Shown: positions 26,146 through 37,200 of the stretch, piece by piece | Numbering within the stretch: the first letter of the stretch is position 1 | How the letters are laid out: every line of letters begins with the position of its first letter | Source of the DNA: Candidatus Aquidulcis sp. | Lineage (GTDB): Bacteria > Chloroflexota > Anaerolineae > UBA4142 | DNA length: 64,000 nucleotides | Reading direction: 5' to 3' | Assembly (NCBI GenBank): GCA_020723345.1 | Contig: DYJA01000011.1 | Span: forward strand, 43,349 to 107,348 | Made by a program: the position numbers and the translations under genes | Notes under the pieces: model-generated | The model's input: only the letters and a program-made list of their open reading frames with translations | Told to the model about the DNA's origin: nothing | The model's database searches: none

Positions 26146-28620
26146 ATGGTGCAACCCGAAAAATTAACTGTCGAAGAACTTGCAAAAGAGATCGGCAAGC
26201 AATTGCGAGGACCGTCCAAAGAAAAGGAACTCGTTGCAATCTCCGGTAAACTAAAAGAACTTCGCCGCCGCAAACCACGCGGCGCATTGGCAATCGAACG
26301 CGACCGCCTGGAGAGCGTGTTTCGCAAATTGGTCGAGGCGCGCAGTTCCAAATTGCAAGACCAGGTTCGCGCGACTTTGGATAAATTCAAAAAAGCGTTG
26401 ACTGCAGGCGAACCATCCCAAGAAGATTTGACGGGTAATACTCGGGCTGCCCTGAAAGAGTTGGAAGAGCTTGATCTCGCGCGCGAGGACGTTCGTGGAT
26501 GGCGTGACACGCTGAACCGGTTGGAACGCGAGCGCGAAGACCTATCCAAAGTGCTTGACATTGAGCGGGAAGTCAAAGAGCTTTGGGCTCGCGCCAAATC
26601 AACCGAAGAGCAAGGCGGCTTTGGCGATTCGATCGTCCAAGATTACAAAGATGCGTCAACCAAAATCCAGGGACACTTGAAAAGTAGCAAGATTGTTTCG
26701 CCGGCTCCAAAACGCCGACTCGGAAATCTTGCCGATCAAGCGGAACAGTTGGTCACTGAATCCGCGAACAAGCATACTTTGACTTTGACGCGTGCTGCAG
26801 GAAATGAAGTTGTCACGCAATTTAGAGCATTCCTTAAATCGAGCGCGGTGAATCCTGAAGAGCGCGTCACTTATTTTTTGACTCCGGACAAGAATGCCGG
26901 ATATGGTCTCCTGCCTGTCAAATCAGCCGTCGAAGTGGCGCGCGAGCACGTCCGACAGTTTTGGAGTGGCAAAGTCACCGAATACGTTGACCTTGCGCGC
27001 CACAAATTGCTAGACGAGCACGATCCATACGGCGCGCAAGGTCAACTGGACAAGTGGCAAGACTTGGAGGGCTTGCACGATCCGGAAATCATTGAGGCAG
27101 GATTAACTCTATCCGGCGATCCACAAGTTAGAATCAAAAGACTGCAAACCGAGATTGACGACAAGCGCAAAACTCGCCAAGATGCTGAAAAGTTCTGCCA
27201 CGACGCGATGAATGAAAGCGCTTTGTCCAAAGCGTATATAGCACTGCATTCGGCGGAACAGACAGATAAGTATACTCCGACGATCCAATCTACCAAAATC
27301 ATTTTGCAAGAGCGATTGGTTGAAGCGTTACGAGCATGTGCGGAATCCGCTGAGGTATCCTTGAACGAAGGCAGATGGGATGAGGTGGACGACGCACTTG
27401 AAACTGCTGACCAACTCAGTGCGCTTGATCCCGCAGTGAACTTTGGCGATTTGTCGAAACGGTTACAAAGAGTCCGTCGCATGCTGGATGATGTGCGCCA
27501 GGTGATCAACGATGTTCAAGCGCAAACGAGTCCAGCCAAAGCCAAGGGAAAATTGGAGACGTTCAAAGAGGCGTTCGAAAAAGGCTACGCCCAAAAACTG
27601 GAGCAATGGGAAGAAATCCGCCAAATCGAAATCGATCTGGAGGCACAGCTGGGCGATAGAAACTTCATAGATGGGATTCGCGCCCAGATCAACGCCAGCG
27701 CCACTTTGGACCAACTAAATAACGCGTTGGAAGATTGGAAACGCACGCGCCCCAAAATTCAAAAGGAGGATTTGCAAAAAGAATTCGATGCGCTCCGTAC
27801 GGAATTAGATGCTTATATTGGCTTTCGCACCGCCAATGATAAAAAATCAACTGATCTGGCAACCGCGCTTGACGCGCTGACACCCACCGTATTGAAGCAT
27901 CCTGTGCTTGGCGCCGATGCCAAGCATTTGTGGAATGACCTCAATACGCGCAAGGAAAAACAGCAAGATGCGGTGCAGGCAATGGCGGACATCAATAAAC
28001 TTATCACGACGGATCCGCGTCTGGCGTATGAAAAAGCGGGCGAATGGAAAGCGAAAGCCACCTTCCGCACGAGCGATTTTGTGCATCTGGAGCAACAAGC
28101 CCTGACTGAATTGGAGAAGCAGATCACCAGTGTCCTGAACCGTGAACTTGCAAAGGGATCATACTCGAGTGCAGTGCGCGCCAGAATTAAGGAACTGCTT
28201 GCAGAACTCAAAGAAATCGCTTCGGAGAAGGAACTGGAATACCGTAACAAATCCGAATTGCCTTGCGCCATCGCTGCGGCAGAGGAATTAGAAAATAAGG
28301 CGAAAACCCAAAAATCGGGTTGGGAGGGTGTTGTTCACGCCTGGGATGCGGCGCACGATCTGGCGGTTGGTTATCGCGACCACCGCGCTGATAATTTTTG
28401 GGAACATCGGCTGGAGGCGTACAAGAAGCAGATTCGGGAACAAGCCGCGCGCGCTGATTTCACGCAACAGATTGATCTATACAGCCAGTTGAACAGCGAG
28501 GTCAATGAGGCGGACGCCGAAGTGTGGATGTGGCTTGGTCAGACGCATCTTGAAGCGGCGAGCCAACTGATTACGCGTGATCAGAGCCAACCCTCGCCAC
28601 GGGAGACCCATGATGAGTGA
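26146..28620 (+). CDS. Large all-helical/coiled-coil protein (824 aa), unknown function; paralogue of 55672-57585
   Basis: Long ORF 57 nt after the lipoprotein gene. Residues from about 50 to 450 align with the DUF4062-headed protein. Confidence 0.7.
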   Translation: MVQPEKLTVEELAKEIGKQLRGPSKEKELVAISGKLKELRRRKPRGALAIERDRLESVFRKLVEARSSKLQDQVRATLDKFKKALTAGEPSQEDLTGNTRAALKELEELDLAREDVRGWRDTLNRLEREREDLSKVLDIEREVKELWARAKSTEEQGGFGDSIVQDYKDASTKIQGHLKSSKIVSPAPKRRLGNLADQAEQLVTESANKHTLTLTRAAGNEVVTQFRAFLKSSAVNPEERVTYFLTPDKNAGYGLLPVKSAVEVAREHVRQFWSGKVTEYVDLARHKLLDEHDPYGAQGQLDKWQDLEGLHDPEIIEAGLTLSGDPQVRIKRLQTEIDDKRKTRQDAEKFCHDAMNESALSKAYIALHSAEQTDKYTPTIQSTKIILQERLVEALRACAESAEVSLNEGRWDEVDDALETADQLSALDPAVNFGDLSKRLQRVRRMLDDVRQVINDVQAQTSPAKAKGKLETFKEAFEKGYAQKLEQWEEIRQIEIDLEAQLGDRNFIDGIRAQINASATLDQLNNALEDWKRTRPKIQKEDLQKEFDALRTELDAYIGFRTANDKKSTDLATALDALTPTVLKHPVLGADAKHLWNDLNTRKEKQQDAVQAMADINKLITTDPRLAYEKAGEWKAKATFRTSDFVHLEQQALTELEKQITSVLNRELAKGSYSSAVRARIKELLAELKEIASEKELEYRNKSELPCAIAAAEELENKAKTQKSGWEGVVHAWDAAHDLAVGYRDHRADNFWEHRLEAYKKQIREQAARADFTQQIDLYSQLNSEVNEADAEVWMWLGQTHLEAASQLITRDQSQPSPRETHDE
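26299..27500 (+). repeat. Left copy of a dispersed ~1.2-kb paralogous segment (partner 56364-57560)
   Basis: In two stretches I aligned by eye (26854-27003 versus 56921-57070, and 26584-26655 versus 56649-56720), about 9 bases in 10 are identical. Confidence 0.8.
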
Positions 28621-30538
28621 TTTCGAGTCCTTGACTTCTTTGACCCATTGCGAACGCGCCGTTGATTATGGTCAGCGCGGTCTAAAATGTAGCAATGCCC
28701 GCAAATGCCAATCTCAATTGAATGATCTAATTACTCAAGCCCAACGATACAAAAAGTTCGAGTCCAAGAAATTCGAAATCAGTCGCTTGCTCCGTGGTGA
28801 GGTTCACATTCACGAAGCCCAGACCGCCAAGAACACCTACCTCCAAGCGCGCGATGGCAACGATCCACTCATCGAGTTGCTTGACAAGTGGTGGCAAGCC
28901 GAACTCGAACGCGCCATCAGACAATTGCGCCAACAAAGCGCCAAGTTGCCGGAACACAGTTCGCCATTCACGCGGCTCGAACCGTGGATCTGTATCGTGA
29001 TCTTGACAGGACAATGGTCGGGGCAGACGCAAGATGAGATTGATCGCCTGATCAGATTGGCAGGTGCTCTCACCCGCCAAGTCCAAGCCGAAGTGGCTGA
29101 CAGCGCGGCAGCACTTCATTCCGAGTATGCGACCATTGATCCGAAACGGGATGTGCTTGCCAAGCAGATTGAGTTTTGTGAGCAATTGCGCCAAGACCTC
29201 GTCGCGCCACTGAGCGCGTTGCAATTTTGTCATGAAGCGATCAGCGAACGCGCGGTAGCCAGCAATAGTGTTCTAGAAAAACTTGCCACCCGGCTCAAGA
29301 GCAACAGCGAGGCGCTGGGGAACAGCGTAAGCGAACTTGACCGGTGGATGGAAGGCAAACTCAAGCCATTTCAAAGTGAATTGGGGCAAACGATTGATTT
29401 GATCCGGAATGCGCTGCGGCGCGGCAGTTTTGAGTTGGTGGATAATGTCTTCACCCGCGCCACCGCAAGTCCGACAGCGCCGCAACCTCCTGGCTTGCCG
29501 GAACCCGGAACCGCCTTTCAAGGTTTTACTGCGCATCTTTCCTATTTGTGGCTACGTGAATATGTCGAGGAGCAAAAAGGACGCTTACAGAAACAAAAAG
29601 AGCATAAGCAATATATTGATTGGGGATTCAAACTAGAAGTAGAAAGCGCGGTCCACCCTGCTGACCTTGACAAGCGGGTTGAGCAGTGGCAGCAAGACAA
29701 CAAGACCGCCAGCACGCCTGTGCAAACGCAATTCGATGGCTTTGTTTCTGATCTGCGCGTTTCATTGGCGCACGGGCACTATCCACTAGAGCGCATATTC
29801 CACCGACTCGAAGAGATGCGGACTCAAGAAGACAAGGATGAATGTCGTCTGCAAGCGCAGCTCGTTTATCAAGATCCGGAAACCCGTATGCGCTATGAAG
29901 GGCTAACCCAAATTGCGCCGATCATACAGAAAAAAACTCGACAGATCGAGCAAATTCGCAATTGGTTGGCGGAACATGGAATTCCTGAGCAAGGTGCCAC
30001 GATCCAGCATCGTTGCCCTGGCATCGCCGATTGGGATAGCGCCGAGAAAAGTATTAAGGCTGATCGCAAGATTGGCAAATTCTCTAGGGCGAGCCAACGA
30101 TGTTATGACCTCCGCGAGGGGTTAGACAATCCCCAAAGCGATAATCGTTTCACGGCTGAAGGGTTGTGGCCCCTTGAACGCGCGCGCCGCGAACTGGGAC
30201 GGTTGCCAACAGAAATCGGCAATCCGACCAGTGCGGTTATTCGCGCCTTAGATGCTAAACGGATTCAGCGGCTTGCCGAACTGGAACGGCAGATCGAAGA
30301 ATGTAGAAACCTGGAAAAAGATCTCGCGACGCGAAAGAAGCGCCAAGAGACTGCGCAAAAAGAAATCGAAGAATTGTACGCCGACCTTAGTAGCGCACAA
30401 AACAGTTTGCCATTTGGACGCGACAAGCGAGTCCGAATAGTGATAGACGAAATCCAAATCGCTATTGCAAAATATAGAGAGCAGGTTTGCGACGAGGATG
30501 ATTACATCACAAAGGCGCAAAGGGATTTGGGCCTGTAG
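28610..30538 (+). CDS. Large helical protein (about 640 aa), unknown function
   Basis: ATG 28610 overlaps the upstream stop (ATGATGAGTGA). No recognisable motif. Confidence 0.7.
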   Translation: MMSDFESLTSLTHCERAVDYGQRGLKCSNARKCQSQLNDLITQAQRYKKFESKKFEISRLLRGEVHIHEAQTAKNTYLQARDGNDPLIELLDKWWQAELERAIRQLRQQSAKLPEHSSPFTRLEPWICIVILTGQWSGQTQDEIDRLIRLAGALTRQVQAEVADSAAALHSEYATIDPKRDVLAKQIEFCEQLRQDLVAPLSALQFCHEAISERAVASNSVLEKLATRLKSNSEALGNSVSELDRWMEGKLKPFQSELGQTIDLIRNALRRGSFELVDNVFTRATASPTAPQPPGLPEPGTAFQGFTAHLSYLWLREYVEEQKGRLQKQKEHKQYIDWGFKLEVESAVHPADLDKRVEQWQQDNKTASTPVQTQFDGFVSDLRVSLAHGHYPLERIFHRLEEMRTQEDKDECRLQAQLVYQDPETRMRYEGLTQIAPIIQKKTRQIEQIRNWLAEHGIPEQGATIQHRCPGIADWDSAEKSIKADRKIGKFSRASQRCYDLREGLDNPQSDNRFTAEGLWPLERARRELGRLPTEIGNPTSAVIRALDAKRIQRLAELERQIEECRNLEKDLATRKKRQETAQKEIEELYADLSSAQNSLPFGRDKRVRIVIDEIQIAIAKYREQVCDEDDYITKAQRDLGL

Positions 30539-30548
30539 GAATTACACA

Positions 30549-31568
30549 ATGTACATCGCATTGATTTCAGACATTCACGCCAACTTGCAGGCATTGGAAG
30601 CGGTCGAGCAAGATGCGCGTCAACTGACGCAAGAAAACAGTCGCTTGGATCATAGAACCCCTGAATTGCGTTTTTGGTGTCTGGGTGACATTTTTGGACG
30701 CGGACCTAGCCCGGACCTTGTTTGGGAGCAGGTCACAGAAACCATCAGACCAGATTGCTGGGTAGTCGGGAACCACGATCAAGACCTCGTGCGTTTGATT
30801 GATGACCCCTCCATCGTCAGCGATGTGGCAAAGCGCAAGCAATGGGAAAAGGAGTTTAGGAGCGAGAGCGATGCGTGGACGATTGTTCAGCATTGGGTGT
30901 ATCTGCAAGACATCGGGTGGGCGGGCGAGATCAAGCGACGAATTGGCAACTTGCCGTCGATGGCTTCCCCTCTGCCGGGCGTTTATCTCGCGCATGGTAG
31001 TTTTGGCTTGAACAAACGCCCCCCGGCAGAGCGACCGAGAGAATGTGTGGAAGAACCAATCACACAGCATTACCAGGTCGCTACCACTTGGGAAACGCTA
31101 TGCGATTTTGTAAAGCATCCTAGCGCGATTCAAGGGTTTCAACGCATGCATCAAGAGCGGTGGGAAAAGCCCAGTGTGATGATTGTGGGGCATTCGCATG
31201 TGCGAAGCTTTTACAAATTTGAAAAAGACAAGTGGCATCCGTCCCTCGTCATCAATGATAGCAAGATCGGGGTGTGGCTTGATTTGCCCAATACCCCCAC
31301 CCAACCGGTTCTGATCAACCCGGGGAGCGTGGGTTCGCCGCGTCTGCCCAAAGATCATATCGCGCCGAAAGATCTCTGCGCCAGTTACGCCGTGCTAGAC
31401 TGGAACGCGCGTAATCCCCGAATTATGTTTCGCCGCGCACAGTATAATCGCAAGGAAACGATCAGATTATTGATAGAGGGGCAATATCCCTCCAAGGTGT
31501 ACGCAAAATTGAAAGACAATTGCACTCACTCTCATAGCCATCAGTGTCCATGGTGTAAGGAGTCATAA
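30549..31568 (+). CDS. Calcineurin-like metallophosphoesterase
   Basis: MYIALISDIHAN (DxH), GDIFGRGP (GDxxDRG-like), VVGNHD (GNHD), VGHSH. Starts 10 nt after the upstream stop. Confidence 0.85.
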   Translation: MYIALISDIHANLQALEAVEQDARQLTQENSRLDHRTPELRFWCLGDIFGRGPSPDLVWEQVTETIRPDCWVVGNHDQDLVRLIDDPSIVSDVAKRKQWEKEFRSESDAWTIVQHWVYLQDIGWAGEIKRRIGNLPSMASPLPGVYLAHGSFGLNKRPPAERPRECVEEPITQHYQVATTWETLCDFVKHPSAIQGFQRMHQERWEKPSVMIVGHSHVRSFYKFEKDKWHPSLVINDSKIGVWLDLPNTPTQPVLINPGSVGSPRLPKDHIAPKDLCASYAVLDWNARNPRIMFRRAQYNRKETIRLLIEGQYPSKVYAKLKDNCTHSHSHQCPWCKES

Positions 31569-31569
31569 C

Positions 31570-34197
31570 ATGTTCAAATTGAATCGAATGATTGTCTGGG
31601 TAGTTTGTTTGGTAGCCAGCGTCAGCGCATTATTCCTAACGATGCAATTTGCGACGCTAGGCGCGTTTGCCGCGCCTTCAACCTGCAACGAATTGCAGCT
31701 GATCTTTCTGGTTGACCAAAGCGGCTCGATGCGTGGTAATTCTGCTCATCCCGTCGTGAACGATCCGTTGAAATTGCGTTTCGAGGGTCCCAAGCACGCC
31801 GTCGAACGAATTGGTATCTTGCGTTATACCCAGTATCCGACGATGACGGTGCGCTTTGCATTGGTCAATTTCGGTACCGCTGCCGAGGTCGGAATTGATT
31901 GGACCAGCATCGCAGCCGCCAATGATGCCCAATGGACGCAACAATGGGGCATGCTTAGCCAAGCATTGGCGCCGGGCAAATGGGACACAGCGGATATGGG
32001 TAACACTAATTTTGTCGGCGCGTTTGAAAAGGCAGGCGAATTATTCAACCGGCTGCCCCAGCAAATTGGAAATTGCCCAACCCGCGCGGTGATTGTCCTG
32101 ACGGATGGACGGCCGCAGCTCCCTGATCTCGGGTTCTCGATGCCGGATCATTTTGCCAAACTGCAGAAATTTGTAGATACGTCCATGCCCCTCTCCGCCT
32201 ACAATATTTATGTGATTGCAATGAGCCAGGATGCTTTTTGGAATGAAACGGAATCTTATTGGCTTAAGGTCACCGGCAATCAAAAGAAGGATAACATCAA
32301 GACCGGTCTCGTCAATGACGATAAGGAGATTGGGGACCGGTTTGCCAAAATTATCCAAGAGTGGCTGCCCAGACCGCTTCAATGCTTTGATCCGGCGCGT
32401 GGAACGATTATCGTACCGCCATTTCTTCAACAAGTGTCCTTCACGCTGTACAAAGCGACGAGTCAACCTAATCATTTACGGATCGAAGATGAGCGAGGCA
32501 TCATTGAACCATCTCGCACCGATATCAAGACAACCATAGAAGGGTTTAATGGTCCAATCGAAACGGTACGTGTGGTTGGTCCCTTGCCTGGCGTATGGCG
32601 GATCAAGACTAACCTCCCGGTAGAAAAATGCGATATCCAGATGTTACCTATTCCAGCAAATGGTAACCTCTTGACCCCCGCCGTCAACAGGGGCTCGTTG
32701 CGCCAATTCAGCCAGTTTGATGTTTCATTTCAAATTACCGATTCAGCAGGTAATCCCTTGCCGGAATATGGGCCTGCCTACCCACTTCAGATCAAGGCAA
32801 GCGTGAACGACGTCTCTGGCATCGATGTTCTCAATGCGTTGCCGGATGGCAAAAATAAATTTACGGCGCCTTATATTCCAATTGAACCGGGGGCGCATAC
32901 CATTGACCTGTTGGCTACTTCGCGGGATGCTGAAGGCAAGACGATCGAGATTGTGAAAAGGCAAATTGGCGCATTTACTATTGAACCAGTCAAGTTGACA
33001 GTATCCGCAGGACCTACTGCGGGCAGTCGCATTCAGCAATATGCGCCAATTTCAACTACGCTGGCGTTGGTGGCAGGGGCAGACAATAAATCTGTCACGA
33101 TCACCTTGCCGGTGAATATCACCGCTAATCTCTTCGTCGCAGATAAATCGCAATCCCTGCCACTGGTTGCCGGAACCGATGGTGCCTGGACAGGTACCGT
33201 GACTCCTCAGCAAACTGGCTTGCATCGAATCCAATACGCCGGTTCGGTCACTTTGTCCGATGGTACCAAAAAGGAACTAGGCAAAAGTGACATTTCGTTC
33301 AATGTTTCTGCCGCAACATTACTCAAACCGCAAGTCCTGAAGCCGGCTCAACCGGTTTTCGAAGGCACGAACTTTTTGGGTCAACCCAATGGCTTGGTCT
33401 TTGAAGTCCAGATTGTGGATGCCACCGGCAAGATGGTTGAGCCATCCCAAGTAGTTGAAGGTAGCAACGATCAGGTCTTCAAGTTAGGCGTCACCGATTC
33501 AAGCCGCAGAGATCGGAGTGCGGAGTTGGTCTTGCAGCGCACCGCACAACCCGGTGTCTATCGCGCCGAAGCCAAGAATTTTGGAGCGGATGATTACACG
33601 ATCCGGATCTTGCCTGCCGCCAATCTCAAGCCGGACTTTGTGTGGGGCGATAAAGCGTGGACCTATAATTACAAGGGCACGCTCAATATGGGCGTATTTG
33701 GCTTGTTGGCAATCGCCGGTCTGATCTTGTTGGATATTGGGCAGTGGGTCGGCCACACCATTGCGGCACGCCCGAATCCGTTCCGGCGCGGTACGCTTGT
33801 GATCGCGCGCCGCGAGGTTTCCGATCCTGACGCGCCTGCGTCTGAAAGAGACGTAGACGAGTCACTCAAAGTAATGTGGCAACGCGCCTTGCCGTCATCT
33901 TCCAATTTCGCGCGATTCCTGAACGGTTGGGCGTGGCGAGGTGTGATTCCCTGGCACCATCAAGAGTTTGAAAAACGTTTGAACATTCGCAAGATCGAAG
34001 TGCGGAATCTCGAAACGCAACAGTCACGCGGCAATCGCATCAGTGGCAAAGTTCAAGCGAAGGTGGTTTATTCGACCAAGGCAGGCACCGCCTCCAAAGA
34101 GTATAAATTATCGCGGGGCGGAGTTGAAAGTGCAGCTGAGCTGCCGCTGTTTGGCTACATTATGTACTTGCGCGATCCAAGGGCAAATCAAGAATAA
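31570..34197 (+). CDS. Secreted vWA-domain protein with Ig-like repeats, one C-terminal TM helix and a ~150-aa cytoplasmic tail
   Basis: Signal peptide. MIDAS LVDQSGSM (31714-31728). VIVLTDGRP. TM helix GVFGLLAIAGLILLDIG. Starts 1 nt after the upstream stop. Confidence 0.85.
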   Translation: MFKLNRMIVWVVCLVASVSALFLTMQFATLGAFAAPSTCNELQLIFLVDQSGSMRGNSAHPVVNDPLKLRFEGPKHAVERIGILRYTQYPTMTVRFALVNFGTAAEVGIDWTSIAAANDAQWTQQWGMLSQALAPGKWDTADMGNTNFVGAFEKAGELFNRLPQQIGNCPTRAVIVLTDGRPQLPDLGFSMPDHFAKLQKFVDTSMPLSAYNIYVIAMSQDAFWNETESYWLKVTGNQKKDNIKTGLVNDDKEIGDRFAKIIQEWLPRPLQCFDPARGTIIVPPFLQQVSFTLYKATSQPNHLRIEDERGIIEPSRTDIKTTIEGFNGPIETVRVVGPLPGVWRIKTNLPVEKCDIQMLPIPANGNLLTPAVNRGSLRQFSQFDVSFQITDSAGNPLPEYGPAYPLQIKASVNDVSGIDVLNALPDGKNKFTAPYIPIEPGAHTIDLLATSRDAEGKTIEIVKRQIGAFTIEPVKLTVSAGPTAGSRIQQYAPISTTLALVAGADNKSVTITLPVNITANLFVADKSQSLPLVAGTDGAWTGTVTPQQTGLHRIQYAGSVTLSDGTKKELGKSDISFNVSAATLLKPQVLKPAQPVFEGTNFLGQPNGLVFEVQIVDATGKMVEPSQVVEGSNDQVFKLGVTDSSRRDRSAELVLQRTAQPGVYRAEAKNFGADDYTIRILPAANLKPDFVWGDKAWTYNYKGTLNMGVFGLLAIAGLILLDIGQWVGHTIAARPNPFRRGTLVIARREVSDPDAPASERDVDESLKVMWQRALPSSSNFARFLNGWAWRGVIPWHHQEFEKRLNIRKIEVRNLETQQSRGNRISGKVQAKVVYSTKAGTASKEYKLSRGGVESAAELPLFGYIMYLRDPRANQE

Positions 34198-34234
34198 GGT
34201 TCTCACATCACCAGTCTTACAAAGGAGGTAGACT

Positions 34235-37200
34235 ATGGCGATCAAACCTGTACCCTCATTGATCATTGGGCTGGGTGGCACCGGCGTAACGGTGGCGACC
34301 TATGTCAAAAAGGACCTGCTCGAAATCAGCGAGACGGACGGCGTGCCAGCGGGTGTTCAGATTCTTGCCTTTGACACCGAAGCCACGAACCGTGTGCACG
34401 TAGGTGGCTGGGGCAGACCGCGCCGAACCGGCGAACGGCGCACCGGACCGGTGGAACTGGGACACGGCGAATATGTCCACATTGGCGGCAATGTCCTCGA
34501 TCTGGCGAAAGAAGTCGCCGAAGGACAGCATTACTATCTGGGAACTTGGTGGAACGCCAGCCAATATCTTGCCGAAAATTTACCGGCGGATTTGTGGCAC
34601 CTGAACAAAGGCGCGGGACAATTCCGACAATTTGGCAGAATGGCGCTCTTTCAAAACCGAGTGACCGTGACGAATATGCTGACTGCCGCAATGAATAGCA
34701 TTCGGCGGGGCGCGCCCGGCGCGACTGATTTGTACGTGCATATCACGGGCTCCTTCGTCGGCGGTACCGGCGCAGGGCTTTTTGTGGACATTGCGCACTT
34801 GGCGTCTGTCGTTGCCAAACAACAGAATCTGGACAAGGTGTCTGTGCGTGGGTATTTTGTGCTTGTAGACGCCTTTCTTGGCACACCCCAAGTGAAACTC
34901 GAAGACCCGCGCTTGAAAAGCACCTACCAAGCGCAAGCATACGCCTGCCTGCGCGAATGTAGCCGCTTGGTCTCGGCGACGGATTACGCGACCGGTTACC
35001 CAATGAATTATGCAGATGAAGGCGATCCCGAACTTTTGCGCGGTAGGATCACGAAACGCCCGTACGACGCGGTATATCTTTTCGATGGACATCGCATCTA
35101 TAATCCCCTCACGACTTCTCGGATTGAAGATGGGATTGCGCCCACGATTGCAGATGCCATCGTCGCGCACGTAGACGCCAAGTCCGGTGCCAAGTTTACC
35201 TCACACACGGTCAATTCGGATAAGCAACGCACGGCGCTCAAGATCCCAGCAGATATTCCCACTTTTGGCGCGTTGGGTACTTTTACATTCGTTCTGCCCA
35301 TCTTTCACATCGTCGAAGAATGGACGCACCGCCTCGCCAAAGAAGCATTGGACGAATTGCTCGTGCCAACCGATTGGTCGAAAGATACCGGCTTGCCGAA
35401 TTCGCCGTTAGCCACAAACAAACGCGGCGGGATGAAAGCAGAACCGCTTAACGATGGCGCGGACAAGGGACGCGAATGGTTGAGACGAAGTTCCCCAACC
35501 GCTTTCACCCAGGATTTGGGCGAACAGGGCGCGAGATACAGCAGATCAGCCACGCGCTCCGAGGTTGAGGGGGAAATCCGGAATCGCACCACCGAAGACT
35601 GGATCAAGTTGCTCAAGCCCGAAGATCAGTCCGTAATGACAAGCGACAACATCGAACGCGCGACGATTGTGCTGGAAAGCGATATTACAAAGGAAAAAGT
35701 CAAGCGCGGCGGGCAAATGGAAGGCAACGAATACTATGTCCATCCCAGCCCCGGCGGGAGCGATCGTGATCAAGCGGATCAGGTAGCAAATGAGGTGCGT
35801 CGGATCTTTAAAATTTTGATCGGCGAGGAAGATGACGACACCGGGCGTCGAAGCGGGGGACGCGTCAAGGTGACGCTCGATGAATTAAAAGCCACGCACA
35901 TCAAGAAATTCCGCACGCAACTGCGCGTACTAATCGAGGAAACCTTGAATGGTTTGAAGGGCGCGGACGCGTTCGAAGCCAAAGCAGGCAAACTCGGTTA
36001 TATGATCGCTTTTCTCCGCCAGGTGCGGGATGATTTGCAACAAGCGCAATTGGCAATCGAAAAGACCGAAGGCGCGCAGCGGTCTACGGGAACGAGCCGC
36101 CAACGGCAGACTGGAAGCCGACGGGAAGAATCCGAAACTCTGCTTAAGGAACTGATCGAGAAAATGCAAAAGGGCGGCGGGCTTTTCGGCGCAAATCGCA
36201 AAGAGTACATAGCCAAAGCCCAGCAGTACCTCCAAATCCTCAAAAGCGAAATTGCCGAGCGCGTCGCGTTTGAAACCGTGCGCGATCTGGTTCTAACGGC
36301 GGACAACACGCTCGCCGAAGTGAATGGCTGGGCGGAAGCGTTAGGACATCGGAATGTGAAAGAAGGCGGTGTTTATGCGCTGGTGCTTGAGGGGCGCGCG
36401 AATAACCAGCATGACCGGGAGCGCAACGCGGAAGCCCGAGTTCGCGAACAGGTCAGCGATTTGACCTATGAAAATGGTAAATACAGTGACTATGTCTCGC
36501 GGGGCGGGGTAGCGAATTCCCGAACGCAACTCAAGCAAATCCTAGGCGAATTGGCGTGGACCGCGCACATTGACGAAAATACGGGGCGGATCCGATTAGG
36601 GCTCAATTTGGGGGAAAAGGGAGAACAAGAATTCAGTTCGGAAAAGGGACAGAACATTGGCGCGGTGAATGGAAAAATATTTCTTGAGCGTTGCCGAGCG
36701 GTTTTCAAGCCGGCGTGGGACGATCTTTCCATTCTGCGTTACCTAATGGACAATTACGGTCCGGCGCGCCAGAAAACGATGGAGGATCTGGCAAAACTGA
36801 TTCATCAAAAAACCGGACCTCTGCTAGAGGTCCGCGGCGATCAACCCTTGCCCGCCAACTTTTTGCGCGTGAATTTGGAAAGTGTCGGCGAAGCCCAAGC
36901 GGGCTCCGATCAACAACAGCAAGCCCAAGCGCGCAGCGTGTTCATGCAACAACTTGCCGATGAGTTGGGGAGACTCAACCATGTTCAAGTTGAGCGAACG
37001 GTCATCGAAGATGGCAAACCCGAAACTTCCAAGTTTGTGGATTACGCCGACTCGATGGATCGCTTCAAGTTGGGGTTTGTCTACTTTAGCGAACTCAACC
37101 AACCCAAGAACATCGCGACTTTTAGCGGGGGCGTGAGCGACTATCGCGCGTATCCGGTAAAACAACGGACCTATTTACATATCTTTCCGGCGGAAGAGCA

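Noticed and set aside
26013-26597. 194-aa minus-strand ORF, Ser/Arg-rich
   Set aside because: It is antisense to the 824-aa gene, and it is low-complexity with no SD.
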